Of a stretch of 64,000 nucleotides of DNA, positions 40,328 through 50,417 are shown in pieces. The position numbers and the translations under genes were made by a program. The stretch lies in the NCBI GenBank assembly GCA_019135865.1, contig JAGVVD010000052.1, positions 13,011 through 77,010 of the forward strand, given 5' to 3'. The DNA comes from Elusimicrobiota bacterium. Lineage in GTDB: Bacteria; Elusimicrobiota; Elusimicrobia; Elusimicrobiales; UBA9959. Each line of letters opens with the position of its first letter. Positions within the stretch are counted from its first letter, which is position 1. Below the pieces are notes generated by a model. That model worked only from the letters and a program-made list of their open reading frames with translations, did not search any database and was not told the DNA's origin.

Positions 40328-41806
40328 ATGATCGCGGCGGAGTATTTCATTCTCGCGTCCTGCATACTGCTCGCCCTGAGCGTCCTGGCCAGCAAGGCCT
40401 CGGGCAAGATGGGCCTGCCGGCGCTGCTCATCTTCCTCTTTATCGGCATGCTGGCCGGCTCGGAAGGCCTGGGGGGGATCGCCTTCGACAACGCGCCCAT
40501 GGCCAAGACCACCGGCGTCGTGGCCCTCTCGCTCATCCTGTTCTACGGAGGCCTGAGCACCGACCTCAAGGCCGTGCGGCCGTCGATAAAAGAGGGCCTG
40601 ACCCTGGCCGTCCTCGGGACCGTCCTGACCGCGCTGGTCGTGGGCCTGGCCGCGCATTTTCTCCTCGGTCTCGGCCTTGAAACGGGGCTTCTTATCGGCT
40701 CCATCATCTCCTCCACCGACGCCGCGGCCGTCTTCGCGGTGCTGCGCGCGCGCAACGTGCACATCCGCCCCGGGCTGCGCGGCCTGCTGGAGCTCGAATC
40801 GGGCAGCAACGATCCTACCGCCGTCTTCCTTACCGTCGGCATGATAGGCGTCATCTCCGCCGGCGGCGGCGCCTACGCGCGCCTGCTGCCGGCTTTCGCG
40901 GGCGAGATGATCATCGGCGCCGCCGCCGGCTGGGCCATGGCGAGGCTGACCATCTTCGCGATAAACAGGATGGACCTCGATTACGAAGGTCTTTACCAGG
41001 TCTTCACGCTGGCGCTGGTGGTGATCACCTATTACGCCGCCTCGCTGGTGAAGGGCAACGGCTTCCTGGCGGTCTATGTCGCCGGCCTGGTGATGGCGGG
41101 CCGGGGGGTCCTGCACAAGAAGCCGCTGCTGTATTTCCACGAGGGAGTGGCCTGGCTGATGCAGATCGTCATGTTCCTGACGCTGGGGCTGCTGGTCTTC
41201 CCGTCGCAGCTCCCGACGGTGGCCGTCAGCGGCCTGCTGATCTCCTTCGTGCTCATCTTCGTCGCCAGGCCGCTGGCGGTGTTCCTCCTCCTGGCGCCTT
41301 TCCGGGCGCCGCTCAACGAGAAGCTCTTCATCTCCTGGGTCGGACTGCGCGGGGCCGCGCCGATCATCCTGGCCACTTTCCCGCTCATCGCGGACGTGGA
41401 AGGGGCCCGGCTCATCTTCAACATAGTCTTCTTCTGCGTGCTCGCTTCGGCCCTGCTGCAGGGCACCACGATACCGCTGGCGGCCCGGCTGCTGGGGCTG
41501 GAAGTCCCCCCTGATGAAGCGAAGATCGCCCCTATCTCCCTGGAGGACGGCTTCGATATCAACGCGCAGATGAGCGAGCTTATAGTGCCCGCCGGCAGTT
41601 ACGCCGCGGGCAAAAAACTTTTCGAGCTCGGGGTGCCCAGGGAAGTCCTGGTCGTGATGATATACAGGGACTCCCGCTACCTGATCCCGAGCGGCGAGAC
41701 GGATATCGAGGCCGGCGACATACTCATCTCGCTCGGCGAGGGTCCCGCGCTGGAGACCCTCAAGACCCTCCTCGCCTCGGGTCCCGCCGACGCCGCGGCG
41801 GCATGA
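40328..41806 (+). CDS. cvrA: Potassium/proton antiporter (CvrA/NhaP2 type) with a C-terminal TrkA-C domain
   Basis: GMLAGSEGLGGI, ILFYGGL, SSTDAAAVF, ELESGSNDP, GNGFLAVY, FLTLGLLVFP and WVGLRGA motifs. Confidence 0.88.
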   Translation: MIAAEYFILASCILLALSVLASKASGKMGLPALLIFLFIGMLAGSEGLGGIAFDNAPMAKTTGVVALSLILFYGGLSTDLKAVRPSIKEGLTLAVLGTVLTALVVGLAAHFLLGLGLETGLLIGSIISSTDAAAVFAVLRARNVHIRPGLRGLLELESGSNDPTAVFLTVGMIGVISAGGGAYARLLPAFAGEMIIGAAAGWAMARLTIFAINRMDLDYEGLYQVFTLALVVITYYAASLVKGNGFLAVYVAGLVMAGRGVLHKKPLLYFHEGVAWLMQIVMFLTLGLLVFPSQLPTVAVSGLLISFVLIFVARPLAVFLLLAPFRAPLNEKLFISWVGLRGAAPIILATFPLIADVEGARLIFNIVFFCVLASALLQGTTIPLAARLLGLEVPPDEAKIAPISLEDGFDINAQMSELIVPAGSYAAGKKLFELGVPREVLVVMIYRDSRYLIPSGETDIEAGDILISLGEGPALETLKTLLASGPADAAAA

Positions 41807-43017
41807 CCGCCCGCCTCCTGTCGCGCTGGCGCGCGGCCGACCCCGCCTTCAGGGCCTTCCTGCTGGGCGTGCTGCTTTTCGGCGTCAACGCCGGCGTGCT
41901 GTCGGCGGCCTTCAACAACTATCTCAACGACACCTTCAGCCTGACCTCGGGCCAGCGCGGCTTCCTCGAATTCCCGCGCGAGCTGCCGGGCTTCCTCGTC
42001 GTCTTCATGGCCGGCCTGCTGGCCGCGGTCCCGGTGCGGCGCTGGGCCGTGATGACCAGCCTGCTGACCGCCGCGGGCGTGGCCGGGCTGGCTTTCCTGT
42101 CGCCGACGTACCACCTGATGCTCGTCTGGATGCTGGTCTGGAGTTCCGGCAGCCATCTCTTCATGACGGTGGAGAGCGTGATGGGCCTGCGCTTCTCCAA
42201 AGAGGGCGGGCAGGGCCGGCGGCTGGGACAGATAAGCGGCGTGACCAATTTCGCCGCGATAGCCGGCGCCGGCGCGGTCTGGCTGCTGGCGCGTTCGGCC
42301 GGCCCCTGGCTCTACAGGGCGGCTTTCCTCTTCGCCGCGCTCGCTTCCGTCGCCGCGGCCTTCCTGTTCGCGCGCATCCCCGCTTCCGAAGAGGACCGAG
42401 CGCCGCGCGGCCGGCGCTTCGTGATCAAATGGCGCTACAAGTGGTATTACCTGCTCAATGTCCTCTTCGGCGCGCGCAAGCAGATCTTCCTGACCTTCGC
42501 CCCGTGGGTGCTGGTCACGGTATACGGGGCCAGCCCGGCTCTCATGGCCGCGCTCGCGATGGCGGCCGCGGCCGCCGGCGTGGTCTTCCGCCAGGCCTTC
42601 GGCGAGCTGACCGACAGGATAGGCGAGCGCAGGATGTTCATAGGCGACGCGCTGATACTGCTGGGCATCTGCGCCGGCTTCGCCTTCTCCTCGTTCCGGC
42701 CGCTGCTCTACTTCCTCTTCGTGCTCGACAACCTGATGTTCGCCACGCGCATAGCGCGCACGACCTACCTCAACCGCATCGCGGAGGCGAAGGCCGACAT
42801 CGCCCCTACCATCTCCTTCGGCATCACGATAGACCACGCCGTCTCGATGACGATACCGGCGGCCGGCGGCCTGCTCTGGGCCGCCTGCGGCTACAGGTCG
42901 GTCTTCGTCGCCGCCTCGCTGCTCGCCGTAGCCGGCCTGCTGGCCGCGCTCGCCATCGACGACGGGCGCCGGAAGAAGGCGGCGCCGTCCGCCCCGGTCC
43001 CGGTCATGCCCGACTGA
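41803..43017 (+). CDS. MFS transporter
   Basis: About 12 hydrophobic segments, RGFLEFPRELPG, GELTDRIGERR. ATGA overlap with the upstream gene. Confidence 0.85.
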   Translation: MTARLLSRWRAADPAFRAFLLGVLLFGVNAGVLSAAFNNYLNDTFSLTSGQRGFLEFPRELPGFLVVFMAGLLAAVPVRRWAVMTSLLTAAGVAGLAFLSPTYHLMLVWMLVWSSGSHLFMTVESVMGLRFSKEGGQGRRLGQISGVTNFAAIAGAGAVWLLARSAGPWLYRAAFLFAALASVAAAFLFARIPASEEDRAPRGRRFVIKWRYKWYYLLNVLFGARKQIFLTFAPWVLVTVYGASPALMAALAMAAAAAGVVFRQAFGELTDRIGERRMFIGDALILLGICAGFAFSSFRPLLYFLFVLDNLMFATRIARTTYLNRIAEAKADIAPTISFGITIDHAVSMTIPAAGGLLWAACGYRSVFVAASLLAVAGLLAALAIDDGRRKKAAPSAPVPVMPD

Positions 43018-43094
43018 GGCCCGGCCGCGGGTATCGCCGCGCCCCCTATTTTTGGGATAATTTAGGGCACATTACCGGGCTCAAGGATATAATC

Positions 43095-44786
<1,692 letters not shown>

Positions 44787-44805
44787 GAGCGGGTCCGGGA
44801 GGGGT

Positions 44806-45348
44806 TTACCTGCCCGGGCCTTCGCAGTAGTTCATCAGTCCGGCGGCCGCGCGTTCGATGCGGGCCCTGTTCCGCTTGGGACATTTTTCGGTGATCAGCG
44901 CTCCCAGGGTCTTCCTGGCCTCGGGCGCGAGGTTCGGCGGTTTCATCGCCTTGGCGTAGGCGGAGAACTCCTCATAGGAAGAGCCCCGCTTGGGCAGAAC
45001 GTTCTTCATGTGCGCCCTGTAGCGCTCCCGGATCTCCAGGAACTGCCGGTTCACCTCGGCGGGGTCGCTGCCGGGGCCCGAAAGGGCCTCCAGGAGGTCC
45101 AGGTTCTCCTCTATGTCCTGCACGAACCTGGGAGAGGCGCAGAGTATCGCGACGAGCGGTTCCCCTCCCGCGCGCACTCCCTCCGGGGTCGAGACGGTCT
45201 TTCCCCTGTTAGCGAAACGGGCGCTGGCCTTGGCCGCCGCCTCTTCGGCGTCCGCGCGTTTTTTCTTCGCGGCCTCCTTGTCGATTATCTGTTCGCAGCC
45301 CGCGCACAGGAAGGCCGCCGCCGCGATAAGGATGAGGTTCTTTTTCAT
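44806..45348 (-). CDS. Hypothetical lipoprotein
   Basis: MKKNLILIAAAAFLCAGC lipobox. Confidence 0.75.
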   Translation of the reverse strand: MKKNLILIAAAAFLCAGCEQIIDKEAAKKKRADAEEAAAKASARFANRGKTVSTPEGVRAGGEPLVAILCASPRFVQDIEENLDLLEALSGPGSDPAEVNRQFLEIRERYRAHMKNVLPKRGSSYEEFSAYAKAMKPPNLAPEARKTLGALITEKCPKRNRARIERAAAGLMNYCEGPGR

Positions 45349-45402
45349 TTCAGGCTCCAGGGTCGGTCCGCCCCGGACGCGGGGCGGAGAAAGTTACTCC
45401 GG

Positions 45403-45837
45403 TCAGATCAGGTCCAGCACGCAGTTGGCCTGGGTGCAGGAGAGTTCCCCGGTATTGATATCGTGGATTATCACGTACTGGCCGTAGGCGGCCGGCGCGG
45501 CGGGGGCGGCTTTCCTGACGGCGTAGATGGTCCCGTCGTCGTCCAGGGAATAAGAGAAGGCGCGCTGCTCGCATTCGGCCGTCCCGGCGCAGGTATTGCC
45601 CGACGGGTCCTGGAACGTGATGTCCAGCAGGTCCCAGTTGTTGGTGTAGACGCCGTTCTTCGCCATCGCGCGCGACTGCGAGGCTTTGACCGAGGCGAAC
45701 ATGCTTTTCGCTTCCGCCACGCGCGTCCGCTCCACCACTTTGAAGTACTGCGGGATCGCGGCCGACGCGAGGATGCCTATTATCAGGACCACCACCAGCA
45801 GTTCTATCAGCGTAAAACCGTCTTTTTTCGGATCCAT
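45403..45837 (-). CDS. Type IV pilin-like protein
   Basis: KDG|FTLIELLVVVLIIGILASAAIPQY prepilin cleavage/methylation motif and two C-terminal Cys pairs. ATG 45837. Confidence 0.92.
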   Translation of the reverse strand: MDPKKDGFTLIELLVVVLIIGILASAAIPQYFKVVERTRVAEAKSMFASVKASQSRAMAKNGVYTNNWDLLDITFQDPSGNTCAGTAECEQRAFSYSLDDDGTIYAVRKAAPAAPAAYGQYVIIHDINTGELSCTQANCVLDLI

Positions 45838-45964
45838 AGATCTCCAGATCTCCCGGCGCCGGCAGGACCGGCGCGTACTCCCGAACCCCTGAACCCAAAG
45901 GTTACAAAAAGCGCCGGTCAATTTCAAGGGGCCGGGGTCCCCGCATTTTAGTATCATCTGGGAA

Positions 45965-46405
45965 ATGAAAGATTACTCCGATCCCCGGATGCATACGGCC
46001 GAGCACCTGCTCAACGCGGCCATGGTCCGGCTGTTCGGCGGCAGGCGGGCTTTCAGTTCCCATATCGAGAAGAGGAAGTCCAAGTGCGACTACCGTTTCG
46101 GGCGCGACCTGACGGAGGCCGAGCGGGCGGAACTGGAGCGCCTGGTCAACGAGGCGATCGGGGCGGACCTGCCGGTGACCGAGGAATTCCTGCCCAGGGA
46201 AGAGGCGGCGGCGAAGTTCGACCTCGGCCGGCTGCCCGAAGGCGCGGCGGGGGATACTCTCCGCGTGGTGAAAGTGGGGGACTACGACGCCTGCCCGTGC
46301 GCCGGGACGCATGTCTCCCGCAGCGGGGAGATAGGCGGTTTCCGGATAATCTCCACGGGCTTCGCCGACGGAGTGCTGCGGGTGAGGTTCAAACTGGCGG
46401 ATTGA
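45965..46405 (+). CDS. Free-standing AlaX-type tRNA editing domain
   Basis: HTAEHLL (HxxxH) and CPCAGTHV (CxGxH) zinc motifs of the tRNA_SAD domain. Confidence 0.85.
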   Translation: MKDYSDPRMHTAEHLLNAAMVRLFGGRRAFSSHIEKRKSKCDYRFGRDLTEAERAELERLVNEAIGADLPVTEEFLPREEAAAKFDLGRLPEGAAGDTLRVVKVGDYDACPCAGTHVSRSGEIGGFRIISTGFADGVLRVRFKLAD

Positions 46406-46416
46406 TCCGCGCGCGG

Positions 46417-46453
46417 AAAAAGAAAGGGCCGGCCTCCATGGCCGGCCCTTCTT
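46417..46453. terminator. Bidirectional terminator
   Basis: AAGGGCCGGCC-tccat-GGCCGGCCCTT stem with an A-rich left flank and a T-rich right flank, between convergent genes. Confidence 0.8.
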
Positions 46454-46475
46454 ATTTGGCGGGAGTTCCGGCGCG

Positions 46476-47450
46476 TCAGGCGCCGGCCAGGTCCCTTACC
46501 CAGATGTTCATGTCCTCGAAGGCGCCGAAGATGTCGCAGTTGTTGGTCATGCGGCCCATGAACTCGTAGCTGAGCTGGTAGAACACCATGTTCATGCCGA
46601 AACTGCGCGCGCGCGCCATCGTGTAGGAGCAGCGGTAATCGCGCGAGACCAGCTCTTTCTCCAGGAAGCGCAGGATGTGGCTCATGAGGCCCTGGCCGCG
46701 CTTCTCGGGCAGCGTGGCGCAGTCGGTCAGTTCGGCCGCCAGGTTGTGGGGGCTGAGCTCCGCGCTGGCGGCGGCCACTATCCTGTCCCCTTCCACGCAG
46801 ACCGCGAAGAGGCTGTCGGTCTGGAAGATGGTCTCCAGGTAGCTCTGGTGTATCAGCGGCGAAGGGTAGGACTCGAACACGCCCTTGTAGAGGGCTATAA
46901 GCTGGGCGATGTCCTCTTTTTTCGCCATGCGTATCCCGAGGCCCCTGGGCAGCGGCTTGCGCTCCGCGTCGGACGGCTCGTTCATGACGCTCTCGATGAG
47001 GAGGATCTCCTCCATCATGGAGCCCGAGTTCAGGCGCTCCTGCGAGCGGAACTTGCTGACGACGAAGGCGTCGTTGCCCCGGTGGTAGTATTTGAGGACG
47101 GCTTCGAGGACGTACCCGTAGCGCAGGAACTGCTGCCAGTCGGCGCGGTCGGCCATGCAGATGATCTTGTCGAACTGGTTGGCCTCGGAGAGTTCCCGCA
47201 CCGCGAGGATGAAATTGCGGAAGTTCTCGACCTTGTAGTCGAGGATCTTGATGCGCTGGTTGTAGACGTCCAGGAAGAGGAGGGCCTCGAAGCCTTCCCC
47301 GGAGATCCTGTGCTCTATGCCGTAGACGAGCCCGACGGCCTTCAGGGTCTGGCCCCCGCCGAGCCTGAGTTCGGCGATGCCAAGGTTCGTGCGCGGTTTG
47401 GCGGCCGCCGGCGCGAGATCTTCGACCCACTTTCTGGTTCTATCGGACAT
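46476..47450 (-). CDS. ablB: Putative beta-lysine N-acetyltransferase (AblB-type GNAT)
   Basis: YNQRI, DKII, GYVLEA, VFESYPSP, AELTDCATLPEKRGQGL, YTMARARSFGMN and GRMTNNCDIFGAFEDMNIW. ATG 47450 follows TGcTAGAAT and an SD. Confidence 0.8.
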   Translation of the reverse strand: MSDRTRKWVEDLAPAAAKPRTNLGIAELRLGGGQTLKAVGLVYGIEHRISGEGFEALLFLDVYNQRIKILDYKVENFRNFILAVRELSEANQFDKIICMADRADWQQFLRYGYVLEAVLKYYHRGNDAFVVSKFRSQERLNSGSMMEEILLIESVMNEPSDAERKPLPRGLGIRMAKKEDIAQLIALYKGVFESYPSPLIHQSYLETIFQTDSLFAVCVEGDRIVAAASAELSPHNLAAELTDCATLPEKRGQGLMSHILRFLEKELVSRDYRCSYTMARARSFGMNMVFYQLSYEFMGRMTNNCDIFGAFEDMNIWVRDLAGA

Positions 47451-47572
47451 AACATCACCGCCTTTGGCCGGGGATTTGAGGTGATATTCTAGCACAGGAG
47501 CCGCCGCGAGGCCAGAAAAATATCCCGGGGGAGGCTCCGCCGCGGCGCCACGCCGATTGCTATAATTTAAGG

Positions 47573-48184
47573 ATGACGGAACTCATAGGCTACGCCGCGT
47601 CCGCGCTGGTCGCGGTCTCGCTGCTGACCAGCAATGTCCTGCGCCTGCGGGTCCTGAACCTGGCCGGCGCCCTCGTCTTCGTGGTATACGCGGCGCTGGC
47701 CGGCGTATGGCCGGTGCTGGCGGTGAACGCCTTCATCGCGGTCATAGACCTCTGGCATATCGTGCGGCTGAGATCGAAAGCGGACATCTTCAGGCTGATG
47801 CCGGCCGGGCCAGGCGACCCGCTGCTCGCCAATTTCCTGGCCTACTACGCGAGGAGCATCTGGCAGTTCTTCCCCGGTTTCGACCTCCAGGAACTGCGCG
47901 ACCCCAGGTGCGTCTTCATCCTGCGCAATCTCATGCCGGTGGGGCTTTTCATCTATACCGAAGAGGCGCCCGAGATCCGCGTGCACCTGGATTTCGTAGT
48001 GGAGGATTACCGCGATCTGAAGAGCGCGCGGTTCCTTTTCAACAAGGGGCTGCACCCGGAGATGTTCCGGGGATACTCCTGTTTCCGGGCTTCCGCGGGT
48101 TCCGAGCTCCACGCCGGCTATCTGCGGCGGCTTGGTTTCGAGGAGGACCCGCCGGGTTCCGGCAGTTTCCGCAGGCCCGTCTGA
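47573..48184 (+). CDS. Membrane protein (YgjV-like N-terminus) with a soluble C-terminal domain
   Basis: Three N-terminal TMs (IGYAASALVAVSL, LRLRVLNLAGALVFVVY, PVLAVN) and C-terminal LDFVVEDYRDLK. Confidence 0.7.
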   Translation: MTELIGYAASALVAVSLLTSNVLRLRVLNLAGALVFVVYAALAGVWPVLAVNAFIAVIDLWHIVRLRSKADIFRLMPAGPGDPLLANFLAYYARSIWQFFPGFDLQELRDPRCVFILRNLMPVGLFIYTEEAPEIRVHLDFVVEDYRDLKSARFLFNKGLHPEMFRGYSCFRASAGSELHAGYLRRLGFEEDPPGSGSFRRPV

Positions 48185-48196
48185 GACCGGCGGAAC

Positions 48197-48237
48197 GCCC
48201 CGATAAAAAAAGCCGCCCCGGGGGGCGGCTTTTCTTT
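48197..48237. terminator. Bidirectional terminator, closely similar to 19119-19163
   Basis: AAAAGCCGCCC / GGGCGGCTTTT stem preceded by GCCCCGATAAAAAA. Confidence 0.85.
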
Positions 48238-48253
48238 CCGGACGGCGGGACCG

Positions 48254-48661
48254 CTATTTCGCCGCTATCAGTCCTTTTATCAGTTCCATCGCCTTGTGCG
48301 CGTCGGAGACGTTGAGCAGCAGGTGCCCTATGGAACCGGTGTAGGTAGTCCCGTAGACGGTGGTTATGTTGATGCCGTTCTCCGCCAGCATCGAAGTCAG
48401 TTTGAAGAGGGTCCCGGGCTTGTCGGGGAGTTCTATGAGTATCATCTGCGTCTCGACCGTGGTGAAGCCGGCGTTGGTCAGCAGGTAGCTGATCTTGCGG
48501 TCGGTGTCCACGGTGATGCGCACTATGCCGGAGTCGTCGCGTATCTCGGAGGCTATGCCGATGATGTTGACGCCCTCCTTGGAAAAGAGTTCGACGAACC
48601 TGCTGAGCGCCCCCGGAATATTGGGCAGGAAAACGCTGTATTGTTTGACGAGCTTGATCAT
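48254..48661 (-). CDS. Tandem ACT domain protein
   Basis: QYSVFLPNIPGAL, GVNI, GIVR, LPDKPGTL and GINITTVY. ATG 48661 follows GGAGG. Confidence 0.85.
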   Translation of the reverse strand: MIKLVKQYSVFLPNIPGALSRFVELFSKEGVNIIGIASEIRDDSGIVRITVDTDRKISYLLTNAGFTTVETQMILIELPDKPGTLFKLTSMLAENGINITTVYGTTYTGSIGHLLLNVSDAHKAMELIKGLIAAK

Positions 48662-48674
48662 GCGGCCTCCGGTT

Positions 48675-48696
48675 ATTTTGATATTATAATAAAAAT
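48675..48696. promoter_or_regulatory. Palindromic AT-rich divergent promoter/operator
   Basis: ATTTT-GA-TATTATAATA-AAAAT. The 10-bp core (48682-48691) is a perfect palindrome with TATAAT on both strands. Confidence 0.6.
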
Positions 48697-48756
48697 CCGG
48701 CATCGGCGGGGGACCTCATGCGGCGTGAGGTCCCGGTCCGGCCGGCGAGGGGTGCG

Positions 48757-50412
48757 ATGAAAAAGATCATTTTCTTCCTGCTGTGCTGCCCGCCCGCTTT
48801 CGCGTCGGCGGGCTACGATCTCAAATGGTGCGAGACCGAGGCGGTCCTGGACCGCGACGGCCGCGGACAGGTGGCCTACGCGCTGAGGATAGCCGTCTCC
48901 GGCATGGACTTCCACGGCTTCTATTTCGAGGGCGCGGCCGAACCGCCGCTCTTCGACCGCGCCGGCTCCTACGCCGTCGACGACGCCGGCAGGAGCTACC
49001 CCCTGGAGATAAAGCACGTCTCGGGCCGCAAGTACGACATAATACTGGCGGAAGGCCGCAGCTTCAATAACGGCGAGATCACCTACTTCTTCCGCTACGC
49101 CGCCGACTTCCAGGCCGCCGGCACGCTGACGCAGACCATGTCCGGCGAGCGCCGGCTGGCCGTGTTCAACTGGTCCCCCGTGCAGTGGGACGAGGCGCTG
49201 GAGCACATGACGGTGAAGGTGATATATCCCTCCCCGATGCTGCCCGGCGAAACGGGCGAAGCCGCGGCGTCCCGGCTCTCGTTCATGACCGAGAAGTTCG
49301 TCAACGAGCGTTACCTCATCGATCATCCCGAGACGGTCAACGGGGCCGGGGAGCGCCTGTTCACCGTGCGCTACCACAGGAAACCGGCGGGAAAGAAGTT
49401 CCATTTCCAGGTCCAGACCTACCTGGACGCCGCGGTCTTCGACCTGAAGACGATGGCCTCCTCCGGGCTGCTGGGCGGGACCCCGAAAGGCCCCTGGCGC
49501 CCCGCGCCGGAGAAGTATTACCTCAACCGCTTTTTCCCCGGCGGCGTGCTGGCCTCGGTCCCGGTCAGCCGCGGGGAAACGGCCTTCCTCGTCCTGCTTT
49601 TCTCGGTCTTCTTCGGGGTCCTGCCTTTCGTCGCGATGACGCGCAAGCACAACTCGATGCTGGTCGCGCAGGCCGGCATCTCGGAGGTGAACTGGGACGG
49701 CACCGAGTGGGAGCCGCCGAAAACGCAGGTCAGTTCTTTCCGCAAGCCCGGCAAGGTCGCGCGCGACCTCAGCCCGATAGAGGCCGGCGTCATACTGGGC
49801 CTGCCGCTGGCCGAGCTGGGCGCGCTGATCCTGGGGAACATGGAGCGCAAAGGGCTGGTCAAGGTGCTCGGCACGGACCCGCTGCGCGTGAGCAGGCCGC
49901 CGCATATCTACGCCAGCAACGACCCCTACGAGACGCTGCTGCTGGGAGGCATAAGGCCGGACGGCTCGGTGGACGAGGCCGCGCTCAGGGAGATGGTCAA
50001 GAGCATAACGGCCGGCATGGAGCAGAAGATCTGGGACGCCGACCTGGAGGCCACGAAGGCTTATTACAGGAAGAAGGCCGAGACTCCCGCCCCTGCCGGG
50101 GCCGATACCGACCACGGCTGGTACTGGGGGGGCTACCGCCGCCGGTTCCTGCGTATCGACGACAGGCGCTACGACGGTTCGGCCGCGCTGGGCGAAGGGC
50201 TCAAGGTCTCGATGGGCGAGGCCGGCTCCCTGAACTTCGAAAGCTTCAGGACCTCGCAGTCCTGCTACGAGGGAGCCTTCGCGCGCGACGCCTGCCACGA
50301 CGCCTGCCACTCGGCCTGCCATGACGCCTGTCACTCGGCCTGCCACAGCGCCTGCCACTCGGCGTGCCACGGCGCCTGCCACGGGGCCTGCGTCAGCGGC
50401 GGAGGCCACTGA
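48757..50412 (+). CDS. DUF2207-like single-pass membrane protein with a C-terminal (ACHx)8 Cys/His repeat; candidate radical SAM substrate
   Basis: Signal peptide MKKIIFFLLCC...ASA. Exported domain begins YDLKW...LDRDGRGQV. One TM (FLVLLFSVFFGVLPFVAM), then DLSPIEAG, and the tail DACHDACHSACHDACHSACHSACHSACHGACHGACVSGGGH. Alternative start 48718. Confidence 0.85.
   Translation: MKKIIFFLLCCPPAFASAGYDLKWCETEAVLDRDGRGQVAYALRIAVSGMDFHGFYFEGAAEPPLFDRAGSYAVDDAGRSYPLEIKHVSGRKYDIILAEGRSFNNGEITYFFRYAADFQAAGTLTQTMSGERRLAVFNWSPVQWDEALEHMTVKVIYPSPMLPGETGEAAASRLSFMTEKFVNERYLIDHPETVNGAGERLFTVRYHRKPAGKKFHFQVQTYLDAAVFDLKTMASSGLLGGTPKGPWRPAPEKYYLNRFFPGGVLASVPVSRGETAFLVLLFSVFFGVLPFVAMTRKHNSMLVAQAGISEVNWDGTEWEPPKTQVSSFRKPGKVARDLSPIEAGVILGLPLAELGALILGNMERKGLVKVLGTDPLRVSRPPHIYASNDPYETLLLGGIRPDGSVDEAALREMVKSITAGMEQKIWDADLEATKAYYRKKAETPAPAGADTDHGWYWGGYRRRFLRIDDRRYDGSAALGEGLKVSMGEAGSLNFESFRTSQSCYEGAFARDACHDACHSACHDACHSACHSACHSACHGACHGACVSGGGH
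50290..50394 (+). repeat. 12-bp coding tandem repeat, GCC-TGC-CAC-NNN x8 plus GCC-TGC-GTC
   Basis: Read directly from the sequence. Units differ by synonymous changes (TGC/TGT, CAC/CAT, TCG/AGC, GCC/GCG, GGC/GGG). Confidence 0.95.
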
Positions 50413-50417
50413 CGTTT

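Noticed and set aside
50290-50394. The 12-bp repeat as a CRISPR array or slippage microsatellite
   Set aside because: There are no spacers or cas genes. Units are in frame and differ synonymously, indicating a coding repeat.
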